46,444 nt of DNA from Patescibacteria group bacterium. Lineage in GTDB: Bacteria; Patescibacteriota; Patescibacteriia; UBA2591; UBA4787. Location of the stretch: the NCBI GenBank assembly GCA_049971355.1, contig JBMFLE010000001.1:1-46444 (forward strand). The letters are read 5' to 3'. Below the pieces are notes generated by a model. The model was not told the DNA's origin. It worked only from the letters and a program-made list of their open reading frames with translations, and did not search any database. Both the position numbers and the translations under genes were made by a program. This document shows positions 8,446-16,173 of the stretch, piece by piece (within the stretch, counting starts at the first letter, position 1; each line of letters begins with the position of its first letter).

Positions 8446-8528
8446 TTTATCCTCCTTTCTTTTATTTATCTTAAGTATAACAAATTTGTCAAAAAGTCAA
8501 GTCTTTTCCCTGATTATTTTTTGGTTAA

Positions 8529-9842
8529 TCAGGCCCCTAAACTTTTTTGATTTATGATATTTTCAATATTGTATACTCCCATTTTTTCAATTTCAACAAA
8601 GCCTTGCATCGCCGCTTCGGCAAAAGCGCCAACTCGCCAATAATCAAAAAACCATTCGTTGGTATAATGTGGATTTTCTTGACAAATAGCCGCTCCTTTT
8701 TGTAAAAGCCAATCGCGATTAAAATCTTCCTGAGAGCCAATGGTTGGTGCCAAAATTATCGGAATTCCTAAGGCGCTATAAAATACCAATTCGCTCGGTT
8801 TTGTCCATAAAACATCAGTCACTCTTAAAGCCTGATTAAATTTGTCAAAATACTCATTAATTTCTGGGGCCCAAAGAATTTCAATATTCTGACCCAAATA
8901 ATTTTCTAAACCAAAGTGTTTAATCCAATAGAGAAAATGTTTTTTAACTTTTTCTTTAATCCCTGCAGAAAAAATAGTTTTAATTTCTCTGTTTTTAATA
9001 TTATTTAATAAACTTTTAAGAATGACTACCCCCATTTCTTTTTGGGCACCAGCTCCACCAATCGAAAACATTATAGTTAAAGGATGATTAGAATTTTCTG
9101 GTATTTTGCCTAAATATTTTTTAATCAAGACATCATATTGTTGACGATATTCTTTTTTTGGATCTAAATTAATTAAACGATTAGCTAGATCATTTTTAAT
9201 AATTTCCCTATTTGGGCCAATATTTTCTATGGGCAAGGGGTAACCGGTGACAAAGATATTTTCTTTTTTAACACCATAGAGTCGAAGACGATTAGCTGTT
9301 CTCCGGTTTGGGGTAAAGTATTTAATTTTACTTTCTTTAGGATTAAATGGCGCCCAGGTTCTGGCAATATCAGCATCGCAAACCACACAATAAATATCAT
9401 TTGGATAACCCCAAAATTCTGCCATAAAAGCTGGAGTAAAAAAAGTTGAAATAATTGGCAAAGGATTATTTTTTAGGCTCTCTATTAAATGTTTACCCCA
9501 CCCCTTTTTAATTAAAGAACAAATTTGACGTAGCTGAAAACTTGGTTTTGATAAATCCCTTTTTGGATAAAAACTCCAAATTTTTTGAAAACGATTAAAA
9601 AAGCCAAAAATGGCTTCGCCAATCAGAGGAATCCGTTTAAAATCAGAAATAAATTCATAAAATTTGCGGCTTGTTTCCCAAATCCGGCGATCATTTTTTG
9701 GAATTCCAGCGTAATCGTTGGCATTAATCACTTTTCCATTCGGCGCCAAATGTCTTAATGGATAAGCGGTCCGCTGATGGCCATAGCCCATATTAACTGA
9801 AATTACCCAAGCTTTTTGCTGAGATTGATTATTTTCGATCAT
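8529..9842 (-). CDS. Putative GT-B glycosyltransferase (UgtP/MGDG-synthase/MurG-like)
   Basis: 437 aa. The N-terminal VNMGYGHQRTAYPL resembles the G-x-GH motif of UgtP-type enzymes, and FSIGGAGAQKE resembles the nucleotide-sugar loop. Confidence 0.5.
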   Translation of the reverse strand: MIENNQSQQKAWVISVNMGYGHQRTAYPLRHLAPNGKVINANDYAGIPKNDRRIWETSRKFYEFISDFKRIPLIGEAIFGFFNRFQKIWSFYPKRDLSKPSFQLRQICSLIKKGWGKHLIESLKNNPLPIISTFFTPAFMAEFWGYPNDIYCVVCDADIARTWAPFNPKESKIKYFTPNRRTANRLRLYGVKKENIFVTGYPLPIENIGPNREIIKNDLANRLINLDPKKEYRQQYDVLIKKYLGKIPENSNHPLTIMFSIGGAGAQKEMGVVILKSLLNNIKNREIKTIFSAGIKEKVKKHFLYWIKHFGLENYLGQNIEILWAPEINEYFDKFNQALRVTDVLWTKPSELVFYSALGIPIILAPTIGSQEDFNRDWLLQKGAAICQENPHYTNEWFFDYWRVGAFAEAAMQGFVEIEKMGVYNIENIINQKSLGA

Positions 9843-9972
9843 ACTATAAAATTAACAAATTTAAAATGATTGAGCAAGACAATTAATCCATTCTTTAATC
9901 TTATTCACTAATTTTAGAAGTGGATTACCTCGTAAATTTATTGAGGGAACAGGCACCGGCCTTGATAAGGAT

Positions 9973-10154
9973 GTCATTGCGAGCCCTGACGAAGTCAGGG
10001 CGAAGCAATCTCTGTCTCCCTTTGTCATTGCGAGGAGCGGAGCGACGAAGCAATCTCAATCGTTATGGGATTGCTTCGGTCGTCCGCCTAAGGGCGGACT
10101 CCCTTGCAATGACGGACGAAAGAGATTGCTTCGGGCTAAAGCCCTGGCCATGAC
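9973..10154. repeat. Structured GC-rich repeat, outer copy, with a second copy (10024-10113) nested in its central loop
   Basis: Modules gtcattgcgag / hairpin / cgaagcaatctc...gagattgcttcg / hairpin / ..catgac. The inner copy sits in the loop of the outer central stem. Confidence 0.7.
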
Positions 10155-10181
10155 GGAAAAAAAGGAGCGAGTTAATAGTTT

Positions 10182-10506
10182 ATTTGTACTATCTAACCAA
10201 TTCGGTAACGAAATGATTAGATGTTAAATTAATTTCCTCAATTTGACCTTGATTAGTTTTAGTTGAGGGGTCTCGACCTTTTAAAGTCTTCTAATTCTAA
10301 TTTTAGTAGTTTTTCAGTAGGTATCAAGTAGTTAATTCCTTCATGTTTTCTCTCTTGATTGTAGTAACACATAAATAAACTGGTGAAGTTTGAGATTGGA
10401 ACAGCCGTCGGAGACCGGGACTCCGATTATGTTATGGAACTGGCGGAGGTCGGGACTCCAATTACATTCTACCAAACCGTTACCAAACTGGTTAGCAATT
10501 ACAGTT
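10182..10506 (-). mobile_element. Internally deleted IS relic bounded by about 28-nt terminal inverted repeats, retaining the C-terminal tail of an rve (DDE) transposase
   Basis: The left TIR is 10182-10209 and the right TIR is 10479-10506 (21/28). Minus-strand translation of about 10259-10400 gives ..FMCYYNQERKHEGINYLIPTEKLLKLE..*, matching the conserved YN..R.H..L...TP end of integrase-core transposases. The core TIR starts TG and ends CA. Confidence 0.55.
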
Positions 10507-10525
10507 TATTATATTTTGTGAAGCC

Positions 10526-10553
10526 AAAGACCTGTGAATATTCACAGGTCTTT
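10526..10553 (-). terminator. 13-bp hairpin just 3' of tRNA-Phe (possible terminator)
   Basis: AAAGACCTGTGAA-TA-TTCACAGGTCTTT. The following U-tract is weak. Confidence 0.35.
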
Positions 10554-10557
10554 GATA

Positions 10558-10629
10558 TGCCAGGGGGCAGAATCGAACTGCCGACGCCAGGATTTTCAGT
10601 CCTGCGCTCTACCACTGAGCTACCCTGGC
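10558..10629 (-). tRNA. tRNA-Phe(GAA): tRNA-Phe(GAA)
   Basis: GCCAGGG-TA-GCTC-AGTGGTA-GAGC-G-CAGGA-CTGAAAA-TCCTG-GCGTC-GGCAG-TTCGATT-CTGCC-CCCTGGC-A. Confidence 0.92.
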
Positions 10630-10741
10630 AAAAGAGAAGTTGATTGACACCGGTCATTACCCCAAAAAACGCTGAATTGAAAGTTAATAATTTCGCAACA
10701 ACTCGAAAATTTTAAAAGCGGTGACTATCCTCTTGTTTATT

Positions 10742-10815
10742 TGGTGGGCGACCAAGGAATCGAACCCTGTTTTCTTCCGTGTAAAGGAAGTGTTTTACCA
10801 TTAAACTAGTCGCCC
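10742..10815 (-). tRNA. tRNA-Val(UAC): tRNA-Val(UAC), CCA encoded
   Basis: GGGCGAC-TA-GTTT-AATGGTA-AAAC-A-CTTCC-TTTACAC-GGAAG-AAAA-CAGGG-TTCGATT-CCTTG-GTCGCCC-ACCA. Confidence 0.92.
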
Positions 10816-10827
10816 GGTCGCCAAAAG

Positions 10828-10898
10828 TGGACCCGCGGGGAGTCGCACCCCGGACTCCTCCATGCCATAGAGGTGTTTTACTGCTAGACTACGGGCCC
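10828..10898 (-). tRNA. tRNA-Ala(GGC): tRNA-Ala(GGC)
   Basis: The acceptor GGGCCCG/CGGGTCC gives the G3:U70 Ala identity pair and the anticodon loop is ATGGCAT. The D loop AGCAGTA and T loop TGCGACT are unusual. Confidence 0.88.
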
Positions 10899-10911
10899 AA
10901 TTTTTAATCAG

Positions 10912-11904
10912 CTAAAACCAATTAAAAAGTTTGGCAATAAAGAGGATATAAACAAGAAAATAAAAACTACCTTCCCAAATATGAATTTTACTTGAAATTC
11001 CTGAAATAACAAAAAGAAGTGTTGCTAAAGCCATGGTTGGGATACCAATCGCAAAAGTTTGACCATCAACTGACAAAACATGAAATAAGGCAGGAAAACC
11101 AATGACTACCAAACCATTAAAAACATTTGAACCCAAAATATTGCCAACAGCAATTTCTGACTTCTTCTTTAAAGCTGCTTTAACAGAAACTAATAATTCT
11201 GGGAGAGAAGTGCCAATTGCTACTGCGGTGACGGTAATTATTCCAGTTGCAACCTTTAAAATTTCTGAAAGCTTAATTAAAGCATTAATTAAATATTGAG
11301 CGCCTGCCAACAAAGCAAGAATTCCAATTATTAAGAGAAAAAAATCTTTAAAATTAAGTTTTGGCCGAGCCGGTATTTCTTTTTTAAGAATAATTATTTT
11401 TCTTCTTGTAACGCGATCAGGCAAAACTTCTTCAACTCCTTCCATTTTTTCCTCCTTCCTTTCTGAAACAGTGTAAAAAAGATAAATAACATAAGTAATA
11501 ATCAATAAAATTGATTCACCAAGAGTGACTTGTCGATCCCAAACAACGCCTATCACTAAAACTGTACTAATAGCCAGTAAAGGTAAATCTAAATCAATTA
11601 AATTTTTCTGAACAATTATTTTTCGAGCAAAGATTGCTGAAAGACCAATGATGAGTAAAATATTAGCGATATTAGAGCCAATAGCATTCGCTACCGGCAC
11701 ATCTGATACACCCTTAAAGACTGCTACTGATGAAGAAATAAGTTCTGGGAAGGAAGTGCCAACCCCAACAATTGTGATACCAATAATGAAGGGTGAAATA
11801 CCAATAGCCAGACCAATTTTTTCCGCACTAACAATTAACCAATCAGCGCCCTTAATTAGCACAAAAAGTGAAATAATGAAAATAATAATCCAAAAAATAA
11901 GCAT
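10912..11904 (-). CDS. CaCA-family Ca2+/Na+ antiporter (YrbG-like)
   Basis: Two alpha-repeats are present (GTSFPELISS, GTSLPELLVS; GSNIANILL, GSNVFNGLV). I place the start at MLIFWIII because the longer ORF (to 11988) runs into tRNA-Leu. Confidence 0.85.
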   Translation of the reverse strand: MLIFWIIIFIISLFVLIKGADWLIVSAEKIGLAIGISPFIIGITIVGVGTSFPELISSSVAVFKGVSDVPVANAIGSNIANILLIIGLSAIFARKIIVQKNLIDLDLPLLAISTVLVIGVVWDRQVTLGESILLIITYVIYLFYTVSERKEEKMEGVEEVLPDRVTRRKIIILKKEIPARPKLNFKDFFLLIIGILALLAGAQYLINALIKLSEILKVATGIITVTAVAIGTSLPELLVSVKAALKKKSEIAVGNILGSNVFNGLVVIGFPALFHVLSVDGQTFAIGIPTMALATLLFVISGISSKIHIWEGSFYFLVYILFIAKLFNWF

Positions 11905-11961
11905 AATTTTAATTTTATCCCGAGCGCATAGATTAACTATTACTCGCACCTGGTTAATAAA

Positions 11962-12045
11962 TGCCGGGAGGGAGATTCGCACTCCCACGACCCAAACGGG
12001 TCACAGGTCCTCAGCCTGTTGTGTCTACTATTCCACCACCCCGGC
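11962..12045 (-). tRNA. tRNA-Leu(GAG): tRNA-Leu(GAG), class II with long variable arm
   Basis: 84 nt with anticodon loop CTGAGGA, a variable arm GACCCGTTTGGGTCG, D loop AATAGTAGA and T loop TGCGAAT. Confidence 0.9.
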
Positions 12046-12046
12046 T

Positions 12047-12376
12047 TTATTTTATTTCGTTCAGTTTCTTTTTGTATCTTCTCAAATAATATAGTTTAGC
12101 TCGTCTCACTTTGTATTTTTTGATTATTTCAATATTAACAATGGTTGGCGAATGAAGAGGATAAATTTTTTCTGCCCCGATTCCGTCAGCGGCAATTTTG
12201 CGGACAGTAAAAGTCGCGCCTGGTTGATTGCCACCTTTGCGAGCAATTACAATTCCTTCAAAAATCTGAATTCTTTCTTTCGGGTTGCCTTTGGCATCTA
12301 ATTCTTTTATTTTTTGATGAACCCGAACTAACATTCCAGGCTTAATTTCTAGTAATTGTTTTTTTTCTTCTGTCAT
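12047..12376 (-). CDS. rplS: 50S ribosomal protein L19
   Basis: 109 aa with ..GMLVRVHQKIKE..ERIQIFEGIVIARKGG..ATFTVRKIA..GAEKIYPLHSP. Confidence 0.95.
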   Translation of the reverse strand: MTEEKKQLLEIKPGMLVRVHQKIKELDAKGNPKERIQIFEGIVIARKGGNQPGATFTVRKIAADGIGAEKIYPLHSPTIVNIEIIKKYKVRRAKLYYLRRYKKKLNEIK

Positions 12377-12448
12377 AAAATTATGGATACTGATGGATAT
12401 TAATTAATATATAATAAAATAATATTTTTAGGAAGAGGCTTTATTTAT

Positions 12449-13024
12449 TTAAGCCTCTAAAATGATTTTTTTAATTTGCCGAACAGTCTTTTCTAATTTC
12501 CCTTCTTCATTTTTAACTACATAATCCCATTGATCTAAAGTAGACAATTCCTTCTCAGCCTCAGCTAATCTTTTTTTAATTACTTCTTCTGAATCTTGAC
12601 CGCGAGTACGCAATCTTTTTTCTAAAATTTCAAGTGAGGGCGGAATAATGAAAATCACTATTACTTCAGGAAATTTATTTTTAATTGTCTTGGCTCCTTG
12701 ATAGTCAATTTTGAGAATAACTGGTTTATCTTCCTTTAAGAGTTTTTCAACATCCTTTTTCTGTAAGCCATAATAATAACCATAAACCAATGCCCATTCT
12801 AACAATTCATTATTTTGAATCATTTTTTCAAATTCTTCTTTTGAGACAAAATGGTAGGGACGACCTTCAGATTCACCTGACCGCATTGGTCGAGTGGTGG
12901 TGGTAATAACCCAATTAAAATTTAAATTTTCCTTCCTTAAACCTTCAATCACTGAATCTTTTCCTGCTCCGGAAAGACCAGAAATAACAAAAAGTTTAGA
13001 CATAAAATCCTCCATTTGACTCAT
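12449..13024 (-). CDS. gmk: Guanylate kinase
   Basis: P-loop SGLSGAGKDS and TTRPMRSGESEGRPYHFVSKEEF are present. The true start may be the internal Met at 13003. Confidence 0.9.
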   Translation of the reverse strand: MSQMEDFMSKLFVISGLSGAGKDSVIEGLRKENLNFNWVITTTTRPMRSGESEGRPYHFVSKEEFEKMIQNNELLEWALVYGYYYGLQKKDVEKLLKEDKPVILKIDYQGAKTIKNKFPEVIVIFIIPPSLEILEKRLRTRGQDSEEVIKKRLAEAEKELSTLDQWDYVVKNEEGKLEKTVRQIKKIILEA

Positions 13025-13140
13025 CCTTCATTTTGTTCAGGACTCGCTTATGGTCTTCGTTCTTCAATTCATTCAGAACTACGACCTTTCGCTCAGAACG
13101 AGTCGAATGTCCTGAGCGAGTAAAGCGAGTCGAAGGATTT

Positions 13141-13854
13141 TTATTTTAACTCACTTAAAAAATCATTTAGCTCAATTGGTAATTCACTTTTAAACTCTCT
13201 CCATTTTCCTTCTAAATCATAAAATCCTAAATAACTGGCGTGTAAAAAAATTCGAGTTAATTTACAATTTACAATTTTCAATTTACAATATTTTTTATCA
13301 TTTACAATCGGGCAGCCGATTGCTTTCAAATGGACCCTGATTTGATGTGTCCGACCAGTCAATGGTTTTACTTTTAATAGGGTATAATTTTTAAATTTTT
13401 GTATTATTTCATATTCAGTGATAGCCGGTTTTTCTAATTTAATTCCCTTTCGATACTTAACTGCCACTAATTTTCCTTTTTTTGTTCGGCCAATTGGTAA
13501 ATCAATTACACCCTTTTCTTCTGAGGGTTGACCATGAACTAAGGCTAAATATTCTTTCTTTATTTTATTTTCTGAAAATTGTTTAATCAAATGTTCATAC
13601 ATTCTCTTTGTTCTGGCAATAACCATTAAACCAGAAACCTCTTTATCTAAACGGTGAACAATACCCGATCTACTTTTTTCACCAACATTTTTAATTTCCG
13701 GATAATTTTCCAAAAGCCAATCAACCAAAGTTTTTTCTTTTGAATATTTTGTTGGATGAACAAGCAGTCCAGCTGGCTTATCTATAATTAGAAAATCATC
13801 ATCCTGATAGATAATATCTATATCAAATTTTGAAAAAAAGTCAAGTATGGCCAT
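13141..13854 (-). CDS. RluA-family pseudouridine synthase
   Basis: 237 aa with the catalytic HRLDKEVSGLMVIA motif and a GRTHQIRVH motif. Confidence 0.9.
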   Translation of the reverse strand: MAILDFFSKFDIDIIYQDDDFLIIDKPAGLLVHPTKYSKEKTLVDWLLENYPEIKNVGEKSRSGIVHRLDKEVSGLMVIARTKRMYEHLIKQFSENKIKKEYLALVHGQPSEEKGVIDLPIGRTKKGKLVAVKYRKGIKLEKPAITEYEIIQKFKNYTLLKVKPLTGRTHQIRVHLKAIGCPIVNDKKYCKLKIVNCKLTRIFLHASYLGFYDLEGKWREFKSELPIELNDFLSELK

Positions 13855-13865
13855 AGTTAATATTC

Positions 13866-13907
13866 TAACAAAAAACGAGAAAAGGGGGAGATGTCTATCT
13901 CCCCCTT
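13866..13907 (-). terminator. Intrinsic terminator of the 712-aa gene
   Basis: Minus strand reads AAGGGGGAGAT-AGAC-ATCTCCCCCTT followed by TTCTCGTTTTTTG. Confidence 0.75.
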
Positions 13908-13928
13908 CCGAGCAAGCGCTGCAGGATG

Positions 13929-16067
13929 TTATTTGGAGGGGTAATATTTAAGCACTACCCGGGTTAAATTATTCCTATTATCAGTATGAATCCGAGTAAT
14001 CCAAAAACCAAGATCCGGAATTAACATTCTGGAGGCTTCATAATTCGTCTGTTCTTCCAGGCACGAATTTAGTTTGGCCAGTATTCCTTTATAAACCATG
14101 GCATAGGCAACATGCAAGTGCCCGCAATCAATGCGTCGAGCTCCTGAGGTAGCATTTTTAGCCACTATCCGCTCAACCACCTGCTGAAGACGATAAGACA
14201 AGCCAAAAGGAATGCCGCCGGTGGGATGAAAGAGCATGACCTTAATCTTTTTTATCTCAGTAACTCCTTTATTCGCTTTATTGCTCTTCGCCCTGCCATT
14301 TTTCGGTCGATCACCAATATATTCGATATATCCATAACCCTTGGCGTGAAGTTTCTCAACAAAATGTTCGACCATATCGTGTCCAACCCTAAGAAGCTTT
14401 GCCTCATGGCTTGAACCTCGAATAATATAAGTCGGAATCCTCCAACGCGGCCAAATCCTTACGCCGTGGTCAACTTGTTCATCAGCGCCCCGGTCTATTA
14501 ATTCCTGATCTTGTCCTGGATGATTATCCACGCCGTCAAAAATATCCCCTGTGCAGATTACAGCATCCGGCTTCAGCTTTTCCCTTTCAATAATTTTTTC
14601 AATTTCCGGTAATATTTCATCCGCTCTCGACTCTTCATTACCAATGTGTAAGTCAGAAAAATCCACAGTTTTATGGCTATTGACATAAAGCCTATCCAAT
14701 GGAATCGGCTGATATTTTTTAACCCAAGGTTTCTTTAATTGATAATAACCATTTTCTTCTTTGATGGCCAATCTCTTTCTCAGAGATTCAATAATTTTCT
14801 GGACTTCTGATTTAGGTTTATTTGTCAATCTTGATAAAGCGCCCAGTCGACGAGGAAAATCTGAAATAGCCGCAATAATTTTCTTCTTATCCTCGCTTAA
14901 ATCGTCAGGAAAATTGTTGTCTTCAAAATAATCTCCGATTTTCTGATAAGCAGTAAGGGTTGAACATTCAACCTCTAAATCTTTAAGCGTACCATCTTGA
15001 TTAAAATCAAGAGACAAAATCACAAATCCTATTTCATGACTGCCGCCTCTCCTTTTTTTAGTCATTTTAGATGGTGGTAAGCTGTAAAGTGAGGGCAATT
15101 GTATAACATCAATGTCGTTGTCGTCTAATTTTTTCTCTCGTTTTGTTGATCTAGGTTTATAACTAAAAACATGTGAACCGGCCAAAACTAAAACGTCTGG
15201 TCTATATTTCTCAATAATTGGCGTGATGGCGCTTTGATAATTTTCTGCTGTCCCTTGAGCAGTATAACTCTTGGTATAGGGCGTATTTTCGCCGCTGTCC
15301 GCGACTATCAGTCTACAATTGTCGCTACCAATCGGAAAAACTTGTTCTATGTCTCCGGCATAGACGAAATTCTTAACTTGCTGGCAAATGGCGGCAATAA
15401 TATTTTGACCATATTCTGTTTTATGGCGCATATCTCGTTCACCGCCAACAACATAAACCTTAAATGGTAGATTCGCTGCTAGCCGCGAAAGATGTTTGAC
15501 AGCAAATTTAACCTGATCTTCAAAATAGTAGCCCCCCCTGAATTTCTTCTTCTTTTTCTTAGACTGTTTGCCCTCATTATCAGTCTCGCCTTTATCGTCA
15601 ATCTCTTTTTCAGGAAAATCACCTAATCTTTCCATAAAATCGCTCCCATCCTTTCTTCCGGGTCGCCCACCAGTCAGATCGACAACCACAGCAAAATTCA
15701 CATTTTCTTTTTTAAAATATTCAAATGCTGTAGCTAAAATAGTGCCCTGAAAAGTTTTTAGCCCAATGCCAACTTTCGCCAGAAAACCAATCTTAAGAGT
15801 CCTTCTCTTTGTTCCTTTTAATTTTATTGGTTCTCCAGGAATTGGCTCGCGCCTAAGAACGAGAAGGTCGCCCCTTTCCACGATGTCATAGCCATGCCGT
15901 TCTCTCAATTCACTGACAAAATAGTAAACATTTATCTTGGCAATACCGAGATGTTCACTGACCTCGCGAACGGTTCGACTACCCCCTTTCAACCAATCAA
16001 TGAATTCCCTAACTTTAACTGATTGAGTAGCAGCGGGTGTCGGGTATCTGGTCTTAATTTTTCCCAT
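13929..16067 (-). CDS. Internally duplicated wHTH-metallophosphoesterase protein (first copy degenerate, second catalytic); function unknown
   Basis: 712 aa. The C-terminal half has the calcineurin-like motifs DFSDLH, GDIFDG, GSSHE and CGHLH. Residues 90-375 align to it but have lost the metal ligands. Each half is preceded by a wHTH-like segment. The gene has higher GC than its neighbours and its own promoter, GGAGG SD and terminator. Confidence 0.85.
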   Translation of the reverse strand: MGKIKTRYPTPAATQSVKVREFIDWLKGGSRTVREVSEHLGIAKINVYYFVSELRERHGYDIVERGDLLVLRREPIPGEPIKLKGTKRRTLKIGFLAKVGIGLKTFQGTILATAFEYFKKENVNFAVVVDLTGGRPGRKDGSDFMERLGDFPEKEIDDKGETDNEGKQSKKKKKKFRGGYYFEDQVKFAVKHLSRLAANLPFKVYVVGGERDMRHKTEYGQNIIAAICQQVKNFVYAGDIEQVFPIGSDNCRLIVADSGENTPYTKSYTAQGTAENYQSAITPIIEKYRPDVLVLAGSHVFSYKPRSTKREKKLDDNDIDVIQLPSLYSLPPSKMTKKRRGGSHEIGFVILSLDFNQDGTLKDLEVECSTLTAYQKIGDYFEDNNFPDDLSEDKKKIIAAISDFPRRLGALSRLTNKPKSEVQKIIESLRKRLAIKEENGYYQLKKPWVKKYQPIPLDRLYVNSHKTVDFSDLHIGNEESRADEILPEIEKIIEREKLKPDAVICTGDIFDGVDNHPGQDQELIDRGADEQVDHGVRIWPRWRIPTYIIRGSSHEAKLLRVGHDMVEHFVEKLHAKGYGYIEYIGDRPKNGRAKSNKANKGVTEIKKIKVMLFHPTGGIPFGLSYRLQQVVERIVAKNATSGARRIDCGHLHVAYAMVYKGILAKLNSCLEEQTNYEASRMLIPDLGFWITRIHTDNRNNLTRVVLKYYPSK

Positions 16068-16096
16068 TTCCTACCTCCTTTTAAATATCTATTTTT

Positions 16097-16125
16097 AGTA
16101 TAGAATAAATAAAAAAAATTGTCAA
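16097..16125 (-). promoter_or_regulatory. Near-consensus promoter of the 712-aa gene
   Basis: Minus strand reads TTGACA (16125->16120), N17, TATACT (16102->16097). GGAGG at 16078->16074 lies 6 nt before the ATG. Confidence 0.65.
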
Positions 16126-16173
16126 CATAAATCTGTAAACAATTTTGTCGTGGGCTACAAAATACTACCGTAC

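Noticed and set aside
9920-10153. ORF 9920..10153 (+) (..SLRGAERRSNL..), and likewise 10383..10643, 26804..27010, 37402..37635 and 37702..37914
   Set aside because: They read through structured intergenic repeats or tRNA genes. They have no start context and no coding-like composition.
11648-12094. Plus-strand ORF 11648..12094, and the N-terminal extension of the antiporter ORF to 11988
   Set aside because: The first is antisense to the CaCA antiporter and overlaps tRNA-Leu. The extension would make the CDS overlap tRNA-Leu (11962-12045), and the internal Met at 11904 precedes the first TM helix.
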